64,000 nt of DNA from positions 77,004,001 to 77,068,000 of the forward strand of contig OX597820.1 of the NCBI GenBank assembly GCA_951406725.2, read 5' to 3'. Shown one piece after another: positions 15,365-29,660 of this stretch. The notes beneath the pieces were generated by a model. That model worked only from the letters and a program-made list of their open reading frames with translations. It had not been told where the DNA came from and ran no database searches. The position numbers and the translations under genes are program-made. The DNA comes from Octopus vulgaris. Its lineage: Eukaryota. Positions within the stretch are counted from its first letter, which is position 1. The number at the start of each line of letters is the position of its first letter.

Positions 15365-15850
15365 ATATGTATGTTTGTCATTGTTCAGTTTTATTTCAAG
15401 ATTTCCTGCCAATAGAGAAAGAACCGGCTCATTCATTGGATTTTTAATATCAACAACAGAGTATTTTTGTGTGTATGTATGTATGTATGTATGTATGTAT
15501 GTATGTATGTATGTATGTATATGTGCAGATTTATGTATATATTCTCATGCATATAATTACATAGCTAGACATTCTCATATAGATTTAAATGATAAACTTT
15601 TGAAAAGTTTTACAGAATTTTACAGTTCCACTGATGGGTTGGTTCAGTAGTCTTTCAATTCACTTTCTCATTTCTGGTTTTGAGAAGCTTAATTTCTCAA
15701 GATTGGTATTTAGACAGCAGTGTATTGAACAGGTATCGGTAACGTTATGCCTATATAATTTCTCTGAAACTTTTGTATTAATAATCATGTCCTTCGAAAT
15801 TGTTTCAGAATGATTTTAATGTCGTTGGAATGCAACCCACTATCAGTTTA
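15365..15850 (-). mobile_element. RLE-type non-LTR retrotransposon (R4/Dong/NeSL-like) 3' fragment
   Basis: Minus strand encodes CLNTNLEKLSFSKPEMRK*IERLLNQPISGTVKFCKTFQKFII*, ending near 15575, followed by a 3' UTR containing (TACA)n. Confidence 0.65.
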
Positions 15851-16716
15851 CTGGCACATCTGTGAATTCCTGTTTCAATCAACCTTTAGGAATAAAACTG
15901 TATGTATTCTTAATCACAAATCCTACCTTAATTATTTGCAAACTGAGAAATATACGACGTGATAAATTTGAATTTTCCAATTCCATATTATATTCAAATG
16001 TCTTAAAGAACATCGTAAGCACTCAGATATTTTATATTTAACGACATATTTTTCAGTTAAAAGTATCTCAAGTAAACGATATTTAAACAGGCGTTCATTA
16101 CAAATAATGTGTTTAGCCATGTACATAAGTAAATTGATCTATTACCAATGGATTCCTTTCATAAAATATTCTCATTTAATGAGTATCCAAGAAATATTCT
16201 GACGATGCATAATCTTAAACAACGCTCTCCAATTCACATTTTAGTATCAGCCATGATTCTTTATATTCTTATTCACTAAGATAATGTGCGCTCATGCTTT
16301 ATAAATTATTTACTCGTCAACATCAGATAGATATTTAAAGAGGAAATGAAAGTTAACATGCGACAGATGATATAATTCTTTGTTTAAAAATTCATGCAAC
16401 AACATAAAACGTAGTTGCTGGATGTGTTACATTCAACGCTATAAGAAAAGTAACGTGAAAATTTGCAAAAACCTGTTGGCAGCAGAGATAATCAACACAG
16501 ATTTATTCAGTCTATTTTTTTTATTTATTAGATATTCAAAGATTTACTATTCATGTATTTTAGGTTTCTTTTCAACTTCCGATTTGATCTGTTTGGTTTC
16601 TAAGGGAAATGTGTGTAACAAGTAAGCAAGCTTTCCCAGCTGATTGTGAAGGGGCCATCCTATCTCCGTTTAAGCTCTACATGATGCAGTCACGTTTACC
16701 TACGCACAAACACACA

Positions 16717-16800
<84 letters not shown>

Positions 16801-16807
16801 CATGTAC

Positions 16808-16841
<34 letters not shown>

Positions 16842-16882
16842 GTATATACATATATATATATAGATATATCTATATATATATA

Positions 16883-17530
<648 letters not shown>

Positions 17531-17769
17531 TATGTGTGGTTTTGTGTGTGTGTGTGTGCGTATGTATGTATGTATTTATGGGTCCATTGTTTTTCGTTAA
17601 CTTGAGACATATTTCAAAATGATTTAACCAATATATTTACTGTTACATAATTTTAACCTCACAAAATGCTTATACAATATCTATAAATTCACAACGAATT
17701 AATGTGACAGGATAACGCTTCATAAATGTGTACGTATATTGAATAAAATATTCATATGATCCTTGGAAT

Positions 17770-17999
17770 TAAGTCATTTTTCCATTCATCTATTCCATTC
17801 CATGGTTTTCTTCTCCACCTTAGAATTACTTTTTTCAGTTATATGACTGCGGCCATGGTGGAGCACTCCAGGACTTATTCTCCCGAACCGCAGATTTATG
17901 GGGGTGTATATAAACCAACATCGGTTGGGAGACAAACGCTGACAAAAATGCATGCATATACATACATCACATACAAACATTACATACATACATACATAC

Positions 18000-18064
<65 letters not shown>

Positions 18065-18201
18065 GACGAGATTCAGTTTTTTCTACCAAATGCATTCACA
18101 AGGCTTTGATTGGTCTGTGGTTGTAGCAGGTGCTACGCAGTAGGACTGAACCCGGAACCGTGTTTTGAGAAGCAAGCTTCTTATCACACAGCCACTCCTG
18201 C
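17770..18201 (-). mobile_element. SINE family B with internal microsatellite
   Basis: Reverse complement of GCAGGAGTGGCTGTGTGATAAGAAGCTTGCTT...CCGGGTTCAGTCC and of the tail TGCTCCACCATGGCCGCAGTC. Confidence 0.8.
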
Positions 18202-18869
18202 ACCTATTTACATACTTTCGTTTGACATAGTTTCCTTATTCTCTTTATTTCTTTAGTTCTAGATTATTCGTGACATATTCTTTAATTCTGATAACGGAAC
18301 AAAATTAGCTTGAATGTTACATGACACAGTCAATACATTTCATGGATGCAACAATAGAGAGAACAAATAAGCATTCAAATATTTCTTCTTCATTCTAAAT
18401 CATTGTTTCTCATAACTAGGTCATATATATTCCGAAATTGGAATATTTCCCTGCATTATCACGCTTCACACTGAAAAATTAATTGAATATTTTAATTTAT
18501 TTTGATCACTGTTAAGATATTCTTACAATTTCGAATTCAAAAACTATATCCGTCGATAGAATACACTGCAGATATTTAACAGTTCACCGAATTATAGTAA
18601 ACTTAATTGTTTACAAATACATAGCAGGTATACATAATAAATATGTGTGTAAGCGGGTGCATGTGTGTGTGTGTATGTGTGTTTGTGTGTGTGTGCGCGC
18701 ACACACACAAATAGAAGACGTTGTCGTAGAGTAATAGATGCACTCAAATACGTGCTGGAGTCCTACTGTTCAACTAAGGTACTTTTTATATATTGGAGTC
18801 TTTCGCCAAACCGCTTCCGGATAGACACACAAACGTATGTATTCTTACATGCATGCATATATATATATA

Positions 18870-19080
18870 TAGTTAATCCAAACAAGAAAACACAGAAAAA
18901 AACAGCAACGCGAGGACGTGGAACAATTAAAGTATTATTTGACGCTCAGGAAAGAAAGGAAGTAGGGTTTAACGTTTCGAGCGGAGCTCTTCGTCGGAAA
19001 CAAGGAGAAGGAAAGATCCCAAGAAGGGAAGACAAAGGAAAAAATATTTTTGCTGGTGGTGCTCAAGAGATCACATGTTG
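18870..19080 (-). mobile_element. Penelope-like pLTR fragment carrying a minimal hammerhead
   Basis: Flanked by TA runs; hammerhead motif at 18967-19001 followed by a T-rich tail running into (TA)n. Confidence 0.65.
18967..19001 (-). ncRNA. Minimal type I hammerhead ribozyme motif (U4C variant)
   Basis: GTTT-CCGACGA-A-GAGC(TCC)GCTC-GAAA-CG-TT^AAAC: stem I, core, stem II and palindromic ACGT helix III. Confidence 0.7.
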
Positions 19081-19096
19081 ATCACATATATATATC

Positions 19097-20390
19097 ATCA
19101 AAATAAGCAACAAGGATATCCAGAGGTAATGCAGTACGATCGTTTCATGCAACTCCATTGACTTGAACAATGCAATCATTACATCAATTAAAAACGTAGA
19201 GAAATCTTCAGCTGCACAAAGACATAGAATTGAATTAAATTAGAACAGATGTACCTATTAGTATAATTATACCTAAAATCTCCAAGAAGTTAAGGCGAAA
19301 GACAAAGAACATGCTGTCCGAACTCCAGTTTAGAAGTTACTGAATTTTTCAAGAAGATATACATTGTTACAGACTCTGCCAGTCAGTGATTTTTTTTGTT
19401 TGTTTTTATGGTGTCAGTTTTAATTTTCTAGACTAGTTTATTAAATCCCTTGTATATCTAAGTCTGATAGAACAGAGGGCCGTATCTATTGGGAGTAGGG
19501 CTGAAGGTGCAGACAGACATCTTATTTGGTATAGTCATAAAAATCAATGTTGCTATATTGTATACAGTTAAAGTTTAGGCTTATTCAAGGGTTTATTAAG
19601 ATATTATGACAAAAAGATAGACATTTATGAATATTTGTGAGTATATACCCAACTTTTACCATAGTAGCGGGAGGAAAAGAAATTATCCAAAAATAGTTTA
19701 ATATTTATACATATTGTACACTTAAATACTAACTCATTAGATGGTATCTGGGAATATTGATTAATTGGTATATACTGGTATTAATAAAGGAGTATTGAGG
19801 TAAAGGAACAAGTCAATAATATATTAATAAAATTATTATCTAACCAGAATTTGTTTTATAAGTAGTGAATATACCAGTATAATTTTATATTAGCTAAGTA
19901 TGAATTTATAGAGATTCGAAAATTAGATTAATTTTATAAATAAACAAAAGCTAATTATAAAATAATAAAGAAATAAAATAAAATAATCAAATAGGGCAGA
20001 ACACTATAGAAAAGGAAATAAAATAGCTTAATTACTAATACTATGGTAAACTATATGTAGCTTATTAACACCCATAGAGAAGATTTTTAGAAAAAGTAAA
20101 ATAATTCCGAATATATCAGACTAAAAATTATATATTTACTTATTTAGCAAATATCAATAAAAGACTGATGTCTGGTATCGGCTTGAGGAATATTTAGGGT
20201 AGAGCATCATAGAAAAGGAATAAAAACAGCCTAATCACTAAAAACCTCAATAAAATATCCATAACTTATTAACTTCAATAGCAAGTATTTATATAACATG
20301 TATAATAACTTAAGAATTATGAGCTAAAATTGTTAATTAACTTATTTAGCTTATTATAGTCAGGACTGAAAACGGGTACTGTTTCAAAAA
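19097..20390 (-). mobile_element. AT-rich degraded Penelope-like element with hammerhead near its 3' end
   Basis: Hammerhead at 19130-19216. Upstream AT-rich region has a ~203-bp degenerate tandem duplication (19992/20195). The upstream boundary is uncertain. Confidence 0.45.
19130..19216 (-). ncRNA. Type I hammerhead ribozyme motif, intact core, long stem-loop II
   Basis: TGCAG-CTGAAGA-(58 nt)-GAAA-CGATCG-TA^CTGCA: 5-bp stem I and a perfect ACGATCGT palindrome. Confidence 0.7.
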
Positions 20391-20966
20391 ATAATTGTTG
20401 TTAAAAGGACATGCCTGCAACAAATTAAGATCTCTCCATCGAAAAGTGTCATGCATTATATTCAGATATATCACTTGGAATTCTCTGACTATTTGAAAGT
20501 GTCAGCAATTGTCTTGCTTCTTTTGGAACTGATGACCTTTCTACGATATACTGTACACTACGACACTACGTAATGTCTTGTTAAAAAGTATGGTGATGCA
20601 CAGGAAAGGGTCAATTGTATGAGTAGCGTCAGAATCCATACGTGCACACAGACATGTAAACAGACACATGTTTAGAAACACACACACACACACACATGCA
20701 TGCACGCGCAAACGCAAATGTATATATTCAAATTATGTAATCGTAACATTTCTACAAAGTAAACATCACTAATATCGCATACTAATTACGTGTGTGATTA
20801 TTTACGCTATGAGCCGCAGTTTCTTGTCTGGGATAAAGAAAATTAGAGAGATATAATTTTGATAATTACTCCATAATTCTTAGCTACACGATACGAAATC
20901 TTCTCGGAAAGGATGTTGAGAGTGGCATTTACTGTGTTTCGCTGTTTTAGCATCTTATCAATGTGC

Positions 20967-21030
<64 letters not shown>

Positions 21031-21052
21031 AATGTATATGTATATATATGCA

Positions 21053-21112
<60 letters not shown>

Positions 21113-21149
21113 AAAAGAGAGAGACAGAGTCAGAGCGATATATATATAT

Positions 21150-21292
21150 GAGAGGTATTGATATCCAGAAGATCCACGATTACAGGTAAGGCTATGTAAG
21201 TGCTACGGGTGGACCGTAGTTAGACTCTCGGTTCGATAATAATACGAGTGAGGAGTATAATGCAAGTCTTGCATGAGTATGTGTATATTCAA
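21150..21292 (-). repeat. Dispersed repeat, second copy of the 43537-43695 pLTR tail
   Basis: Shares TCCAGAAGATCCA..CAGGTAAGGCTATG.AAGTGCTACGG..TTAGACTC..TTCGATAATA with 43550-43650. Confidence 0.75.
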
Positions 21293-21299
21293 TAAAATG

Positions 21300-21407
21300 A
21301 GAGTGCAAAGCTGAGCTGAAGGTATTCTGTGTCAAACAGCTTTACTCTGCGTGCTTTATCTTCCTTACTAAGACAACAGTCCAAATACTTATTGATCAGA
21401 CCACGTG
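21300..21407 (-). mobile_element. Mariner terminal fragment (same family as 33215-33617)
   Basis: GCGTGCTTTA..GACAACAGTCC.AATACTTATTGATCA is shared with 33558-33607. Confidence 0.65.
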
Positions 21408-23234
21408 TTGAATATATGTGTGTATATGTCCCTGCGTGTGTGTAATTTCGGTGGTGCAAACACGTCAAATGAAGCTGAATTTCATCTGCAAGAATGCAAG
21501 AGACATCATAGCAATATTGTCGTCACCGGCTAACTCATGAAATGCTGTAACAATATCGTCGTCAATCGATCACCCTGGACTGTAACGTAGAGCAATATCT
21601 GAATTCTGACAGGTAATGTACTGCAAAATACGATAGATATATTGCACACCTTTTAGTACCACTAAGGAATTGCAAAACTATATAATTTAAGTTTGTCTTG
21701 TGAAGTGAATTATCATAAATGCTACTGAGAAATTATGAATAAAGTAAAAGTAGTGAAGGAACTAAAGTTTCTTTAATCTCACCCGATATTTCGGACTCCA
21801 GCATTCACAATTCTGCGTTTAAATGAACGATCAATATGGTGATAAAGACTTCCTCCTTAGGGATATTATTCGTTTTTCACCAACAGAAATTAGTCTCAGT
21901 TGAAACAAGAAGATAATCATTCTTGGCAGATCAATAAGCAAACAGACAAATAGCCATTTGGAGATAAAATTATGTGTATTACAAGTAGATATCTTTTAAT
22001 CTATTGCATTAATACATTTTTAGCGAATGGTTTTTAGGAAATTATTGTTTTATATAAGTATCTGTTAGAGCTTGTATACATATAAAACGACATTCGCGCA
22101 CAGTATTTTGAGAGATGTAGACTAGGATAGCGTTTGGAAAATTGTTACGAATCAAATAATAAATTCTCAATAGTTAAACACCATTATACACTGTAATTAT
22201 TCGAAATAATTTTTTTTAAATACACCATCATGCTCGCAGACGGATGTAAACAAAGTAGCGCGAGGAAAGAGAATGTGTCAAAAACATTGCATTTGTCGTG
22301 GTTCTAAGTTATTGATAGAAAGGGTGGAACTCGTATAATATATGAATAGTCATACTCCAGATCTTTCACACAGAAGGTCTCATTACAATAATGCTTCTCC
22401 AGAGCTAGGAACTTACAAAGATCTTTAAATATATCTAGTCATGAGCGGCACAAACGAGAAATAACCAATATAAAGTGCCAACACAATTTCTTGAGGTGAA
22501 AGTATACCCACCAAGAAGGGAAAATATGTGTTCTACTACCCTCCGTATATTCGCGCAGACTTTACTATCACGTTTTCAAGCAGAGTGTCAGACGATATTG
22601 TTTTGCGTTCGTTTTAAATTGTTACGTCTTCCTGTATTTGTTTGCAAGAAGACTATTTATATCCCAAATCATGTTTCTTTATTATATCTGGCGTAAGGTA
22701 TACTCTTCGCTGAAGAGATATAATAAGAATAAAACATGTCCTGAGTTGTTTAGAATGCTTTCGAGCACAGATTCAATACTTAATGCATTGTTCGCCGAAG
22801 TTGATTGTTACAAAAATGATTTAAAAGCCCCGCTACGTAAATGAATTTAATTCGATAACATTTATTAGGTGAGTGTATTGAGTAAGTTGCCGCAAATATT
22901 TGCAATTTCTTTTGGATACAGCTGGCGTTTCGACGAAATTTCCTTAGAAACTTTGTAATTAAAAAGGTGTACAAGAAATTTTGCGTTTGCCTCGTATTTG
23001 CCGCCACATATAGTTATATTATATGCTTATATACACAGATGTGTATATGTGCATGTCTGTGTGTATGATTGCATGTATGATTGTGTGACGTATCTGTGTG
23101 TTTTTATATATCCTCTCTAGGTATGTTAAGCGTTTGCCTCTTCTTACGCTGTTTAACGTGAAGAGCAGCCACAGGCCTTTTAAAAGCCAAACTGAGAACG
23201 ATTCTTGTTGTCACTGTTTTTATTGTTGTTGTTA

Positions 23235-23856
23235 AGGCTGCGAGCTGGCAGAATTGTTAACACGCTAAGCAAAATGCTTAGCGGCATTTCGCCCGTCGCT
23301 ACGTTCTGAGTTCGATTTCCACTGAAGTCGACTTTTCCTTTAATCAATTCGGGGTGGATAAATTGAGTAGCAGTTACGTACTGGGGTCAATAGAATCGAC
23401 TATCCAACTCATTTACCTTTTGACTATAGTAGAAAGGATTATTGCTGTTGTTGATAAGGCGGCGAGTTGGCAGAATCGTGAGCATGCCGGGTGGAAAGAT
23501 TAGCGGTATTTCGTCTGCCGTTACGTTCTGAGTTCAAATTCCGCGGAGGTCGACTTTGCCTTTCATCATTTCGGGGTCGATTAAATAAGTACCAGTTACG
23601 CACTGGGGTCGATATAATCGACTTAATTCCTTTGTTTGACCTTGTTTGTCCTCTCTGTGTTTAGCCCCTTGTGGGTAGTAAAGAAATAGGTATTTCGTCT
23701 GCAGCCAAGTTCTGAGTTCCAATTCCGCCTAGGTTGACTTTGCTTTTCATCATTTCTGGGTCGGTGAAATAAGTACCAGTCAAGTGCTGGGGTCAATGTA
23801 AACAAATTGCCCCCTTCCCTCAAATTCCAGTCCATGTACCTGTAGTAGAAAGGATT
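23235..23856 (+). mobile_element. SINE family A cluster (monomer followed by dimeric copy)
   Basis: Three iterations of the GTTCTGAGTTC.A.TTCC..GTCGACTTT.CCTTT core; heads at 23235 and 23457. Confidence 0.9.
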
Positions 23857-25164
23857 AATGCTGTTGTTATTATTTTATTTTAGTTGCATCCACATGGGTT
23901 TCTGAGAGGTGTGGCCTCGTATATTTGCGACTGGTTTTTATTTCTCCTACCACTTTGTGCGAGGTTGTTTACAGTTTGTATAAGGGGAGAATATATATAT
24001 TTAGCCTTAAAGATATCTCGTTGTATTTATTTCTGAACATTGATAAAGTACATTGCAGCACAATGATTAAATAATTATGACGGTATTTTGTCGAAAACGC
24101 GTGTACATTCTGTAAAACATTGACAGCCGTACATATTTTAGATATACTATCATTCGAATATACATCCACATAATAATATATTTGCATTTGTATATAAAAA
24201 AATATGAAAATGAAGACATACTTATTTTGGATTATAAACTGTTCGGTTACATGAATTACATGAATGTAATTGAGATATCGCATGAGCTTCTATACTGCCT
24301 TTTAAAACTAACAGCAGACAAATATACCTCAAAAAACTCCAACTTCGTATTAATGGAAGTATATGGTTATTTATGATTCCAAAATTCATTATTTCTAGAT
24401 ATAAGATATATGTTCCTGATTGCAAAATATTTGTATACAATTCTGTTTTATTACGCGGGATAACTTGGGGGCTTACGAACATCAACATTATAAAAATCAA
24501 GTACGGCACATTTCCCAGTATTTAAAAATTGTACCGATGTGCCTCGACGAAAACTAATCATTGTTAAAAGATCTCAGAAGTTTCATAGGAATAGAAAATC
24601 GACAACGAGTAAAAAAGTTGTGGTATAACTAGTAGCATAATAAATTTGTTAACATCAAATCTATATCTGAAGAATAAAAAATCAGAAAACCATGAAACAT
24701 TGTGCTAGACTCTTTGGAAATCGTGTTCATGTTTTAGCGTTTCTACTGAACTGCAAAAAAAAAGCCAACATATTAATAACGTTAATGTTTAGTGAAGCAA
24801 AAGAGTTGAAAGAAAGTTACATTCCCCAATTTAATTATACTATCGGAAGGAATGTGCAACAACAAAAAAATGGTTTTCTCTGATGTTCATATATCTGTGA
24901 GTATGTATTCGTATATGTCTGGATACGCATACTGACAAACGAAAATAAACGCTTTCATGCAGAATAGTGAGAAACGTACATTAGGCGCACCCATACACAA
25001 ACACACACACACATATTCCCATGCGCACACGCGTGCACACGCACCCACACGTTGTGCATTTGTGAGTATATTTTGTATTTATATTTGTATTTGTATATAT
25101 GTTTTGGTTTTATGTTTGTGCATGTAGCTACGTATGCATGTATACGCTATGTAGATATGAGGGA

Positions 25165-25345
25165 AGGTAGCGCACTGGGAGAATCGTTACCAAGCAGGGA
25201 AAAATAAGTTGCGAATTCCAAATCCACCGAGGTGTTTCCACGTTTCGGGGTCGATAAAATAAGTACCTGTTAAACACAGGGTCGAAGTAATCGACTTACT
25301 TCCTCCCTCGAAATTATTGGATTTGTGCCAAAATTTCAAATCAAT
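25165..25345 (+). mobile_element. SINE family A, internally deleted
   Basis: TTTCGGGGTCGATAAAATAAGTACC...GGTCGAAGTAATCGACTT. Confidence 0.7.
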
Positions 25346-26462
25346 ATCTATGTGTACGAGAAATATCTTCAAATTCCAACAGTTCTATTAGGAGCCGAAG
25401 GGAACTTGGTTTGGGATGAAATATCACCAGGACCAAGTTATTACCTAACAGTTTAATGGGTGGAAAACAACAGTCTTTTTTATTTACTAGCGAAATTAAG
25501 AGCAAGGGTTCCCTATGCAACCAAAGAAAAAGACATTCGCACCTCTGAGGTAAACAAAGAGAAAAATAAAATCAGTCAAAAGGGATGGGTGCAGCAGTGC
25601 ATAATGTCTTAGGGATTCTGGGGCTTGTGGCGGTGAGTTGAACTAGAACACATAAAGAGAGCAGTGATGCTGGGGTTTCAGTTCGAAGCTTTCTAGTTCA
25701 CAAACTTTCTAGTTCGTCGATTTAAAAATATTGTTCGCTGTAACTCTTTCTCTTTTACGAGAGCTCTTTCAAATCCAGGATTCATTATAATGCACTGCAT
25801 CAAATATGCATACGCATAATAGTGATTAAGAGAAGGCAGATGGTCACGTAAAGCTACATCAGCACTAGTCGTTTTTATCGTATGTTTCTACATAACCATA
25901 CGTTTCCATCATGCCTTAGCGTTTAAGCATTTATTTGTTGTTTGTAAATTAGCCGTTATATAGCTATGGGGTTTTGATACTTCAGTTATTCATACTTCGA
26001 AGCCTGGTATTTATTGTTGATGTTGTCACTGTTGCTGTGGTTCTGCAAGTCCTTGCATCGCATTTACATCCTACTTATCCTTTCTATCCAGTGCACATTT
26101 AAAACACCTAAGTACCCCAAAGAGGCTGAAATATTGTCATTGCCGAAACTCAGGCAGGAATAAGCGATTGAAGATATTAGCTTTACAGATATATATATAT
26201 GCACACAGAAAAATTGATGAAATCAGCAGGTAGTAATGTTTCTCCAGGAAGGAGAATTACGCTTGTTACTAAATGTGACCAGGTTGTTAATGACACCTAC
26301 ATTGCAAAGAATAAGAACTAAAAGGATCTAATGGTGTAGTTAACACACGTGAGCGAAAAATATTTTAACTAGCAGAGACCATAAGTCTCCGAAAAATATC
26401 GACATATTTTCCATCATTGGTTAAGCCAGCAGAGTATTCGACTATTTCCGTGTGTATATGTA

Positions 26463-26535
<73 letters not shown>

Positions 26536-26842
26536 TTGTGTATCTATGTATGTATATATTTTCTTCAGGGTGAATAAAAACAATATTTATGCGCTTTGAG
26601 TAATCAGATATTTAAGCCACTAAAGTTTCGGTGTGAATCGCAGTTGAAGTTGTGGTTTTGTGACTGCCATATAACTCACAAGTTTAAATTAAAACTTAGA
26701 AGCAAACAAATTGGCAGGACTTTGCAAGGACATTTAATTCAATTTCATTATATACCTTTCGTTATATAACTAAATTAAATTAAATGTCCTCTACAATCTT
26801 GACCAATTTGTTTGCCTCTGCTTTTTAACTTAACCGATATAT

Positions 26843-26894
<52 letters not shown>

Positions 26895-26898
26895 GCAT

Positions 26899-26959
<61 letters not shown>

Positions 26960-27012
26960 CATAAATACATATATATATATATGTATGTATATGTATGTAT
27001 GAATGTATATAT

Positions 27013-27270
27013 ACGCAAGTAATTTTGTTCTCCAACTCAGGATAATGCTAATAGCATGAACAGGATAAACTACCCATATTTTGCAGAAAAAATGAGTCGG
27101 CAGCCAGAATGGAACTCGTCATCAAGGCCAAGCTGATTGGAGAGATGATATGAAGTTTCTGTTCCACTTGAGCAATACATTAATATTTAGCAGAGGTAAC
27201 ACATTGATGCAGGGTCCGAGAGTTTCGTGACTTTGTGCCACTCTGTTACTTCTGCTCTTCTAAATATTAT
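27013..27270 (-). mobile_element. 5'-truncated Penelope-like pLTR with hammerhead 3' half and short inversion
   Basis: Minus strand GA-GTGGC(ACAAA)GTCAC-GAAAC near 27224-27245. AATATTTAGCAGAGGTAAC (27182) is inverted near 27244-27268. Runs into (TA)n. Confidence 0.45.
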
Positions 27271-27534
27271 ATAAATTTATTTAGATTTTGAGTTAAATTT
27301 TTCCTGTTTGCATCAACATACCTGTTTCACATGTCATTGTACAAAGTCTTCAGGCATCTTGCTTTTTTCACATCACATTACACAGATATATGTCTATGTG
27401 TATATGTGTGTGTGCGTGCCTCTTTGTGTATGAGTTCGTGTATGCGCTCATACGTTTCTATATCACATAACATGTTTATATATATATATATAAGCCTACA
27501 TAGATATATTATGTAATATATATTTATGCATAAA

Positions 27535-28150
27535 GGTGGCGAGCGGCCAGAAACGTTAGCACGCCGGGCGAAATATTTGTGGTACTTCGTCCGCAGCTGC
27601 GTTCTGAGTTCAAATTCCGCCGAGGTTGACTTTGCCTTTCATCCTTTCGGGGTCGATAAATTAATCGACTTAATCCTTTTGCCTGTCGTTGTTTGTCCCC
27701 TCTATGTTTAGTCCCTTATGGACAATAAAGAAATAAGAAACGTTAGCACGCCGGGCGAAATGCTTAGCGATATTTCGTCTAACTGTACGTTCTGAGTTCA
27801 AATTCCGCCGAGGTCGACTTTGCCTGACATCCTTTCGTGGTCGATAAATTAAGCACCAGTTACACACTGGGGTCGATGTAATCGACTTAATCCGTTTGTC
27901 TGTTCTTGTTTGTCCCCTCTGTGTGTAGCTCCTTGTGGTCAGTAAAGAAATAAGAAACGTTAGCTCGCCGAGAATGCCTAGATATTTCGTCTGTCTTTCG
28001 TTCTGACTTCAAATTCCGCTGATGTCGACTTTGCCTATCATCCTTGCAGGCTCGATAAATTAACTACCAGTTGCATACTGGAGTCGATCTAATCGACTGG
28101 CTCCCTCTGCCCCACTAAAAATATATCGGGCCTTGTGCCTAGAATAGAAT
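27535..28150 (+). mobile_element. SINE family A tandem trimer
   Basis: Three tandem units each with GAAACGTTAGC.CGCCG...GTTCTGA.TTCAAATTCCGC. Confidence 0.9.
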
Positions 28151-28448
28151 ACAATATATATTTATGCATGAAGGGAGCGAGCTTGCAGAACATTTAGCAC
28201 GGTGGTTAAAATGCTTACCAGTATTTCGTCCGACTTTAATTTCTGATTTCATATCTTGCCACGGGCGACTTCATCTTTTAACCCTTTCAGGGTCGATTAA
28301 ACAGGTATCAGTTAAGCAATGGTGTCCCCTAAGTTGCTGGGCATATGACAAAATTTGAAACTAGTATATATTTATGCATGTTCTACATTTCATACAATCG
28401 GGCATGTGTTTATATACCTGTAAAAATTAGGCATGATAATATTTAAAA

Positions 28449-28715
28449 TCAAAACAATAAATAAATGCGCCCTTTTAAATCCTAGCCAGGCTCATGGGCC
28501 CGGTTTCCCGGTTTCAATTGCGTATGTGTACCCCAGCTGGACGGGACGTCAATCCATCGCAGCGTTACTCATTTTTACCAGGCTGAGTGGACTGGAGCAA
28601 CGTGAAATGAAGTGTTTTGCTCAAGAACACAACGTGTCGCCCGGTCCAAGAATTGAAACCATAATGTTACGATCATGATGCTGACACCCTAACCACTGAG
28701 CCACGCGCCTCCACA
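28449..28715 (-). mobile_element. SINE family C
   Basis: Minus strand GTGGAGGCGCGTGGCTCAGTGGTTAGGGTGTC...GTGTTCTTGAGCAAAACACTT; closely similar to 38649-38902. Confidence 0.85.
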
Positions 28716-29300
28716 ATATTTAAAATTAATGAAATTTATTTAAAGTTCCTCTCGATTTTGAACACAAAGACTAGCCAGCTATTTAAACTATATACTTAAG
28801 GAATCTTTTTACACAATTAAATGCCTGAATGCTAATTTATTTAAATATGAATACACCTAATTGTTTATGTTGAATTTCTGCGACTGTTGTGTAATCTGAC
28901 CATTTATTTTCAATAAAAACATCTCTGAATAATTTATAGAATTTACATTTGCTGAATAATGCTTTTATTATATTTTGAAAGATTTGCGCATAATATTTCG
29001 GAAACATTTAAAAATGTATGTGCATATTCGACCAATTATAGGATGGTTGTAAAATATGAAACGTAAATTTCATTATAAACTGGCAATACTTCGTGTAAGG
29101 AATTTTAATAAGCAGGCGTCTGAATTCACTAACAATTGAGATTGATTTATATGTCATTCAAGAAATAGTTTTCAGGTATCAACACATTAATATATGGTCA
29201 GTATCTAAATGTTAAGTCGGTTTTCCTTATATTTTGGCGGATAGTATTTCATGCAAAAATGTGAATATATTTGGGCTAACATAAAACTTACAATCGTTAT

Positions 29301-29660
29301 AGGCACAGTCAAGGAAGTGGTATTAAGAATCTTACTTTGCATCCAAGTGGTCTTGGGTTCAATTCCATTGAGTGTCACCTTGAATACGTGTCTTCTTCTA
29401 TAGATACGAACCGACCAGTTCCTTGCTAGTGAACCTGATTGACAGAAAATGTCTTGAGACCCGTCATAAATATATGTCTATATATATATAGATATATACA
29501 TATTTCGTTTGTCTTTACGTTCTGTGTTCAAATTACGCCAAGGTTGGCTTTCATCATTTCGGGTTCGATAAATTGAGTACCTGTTGCTTACTGAGGTCGA
29601 TGTAATCGACTGGGTCCCCTCACCCATAATTTCGGGCCTTTTGCCTACAGTAGAAAATAT
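29301..29660 (+). mobile_element. Degenerate SINE B head followed by headless SINE A monomer
   Basis: GGGTTCAATTCC..CACCTTGAATACGTGTCTTC near 29355; TACGTTCTGTGTTCAAATT..CGATGTAATCGACT at 29515-29611. Confidence 0.65.

Noticed and set aside
16380-16625. CxxC-containing ORF resembling a piggyBac cysteine-rich tail
   Set aside because: Too few cysteines and no TTAA-flanked TIRs found.
23235-23856. Tandem repeated units as a CRISPR array or tRNA genes
   Set aside because: Eukaryotic context. Units are ~200-bp SINE monomers with no unique spacers and no complete cloverleaf.
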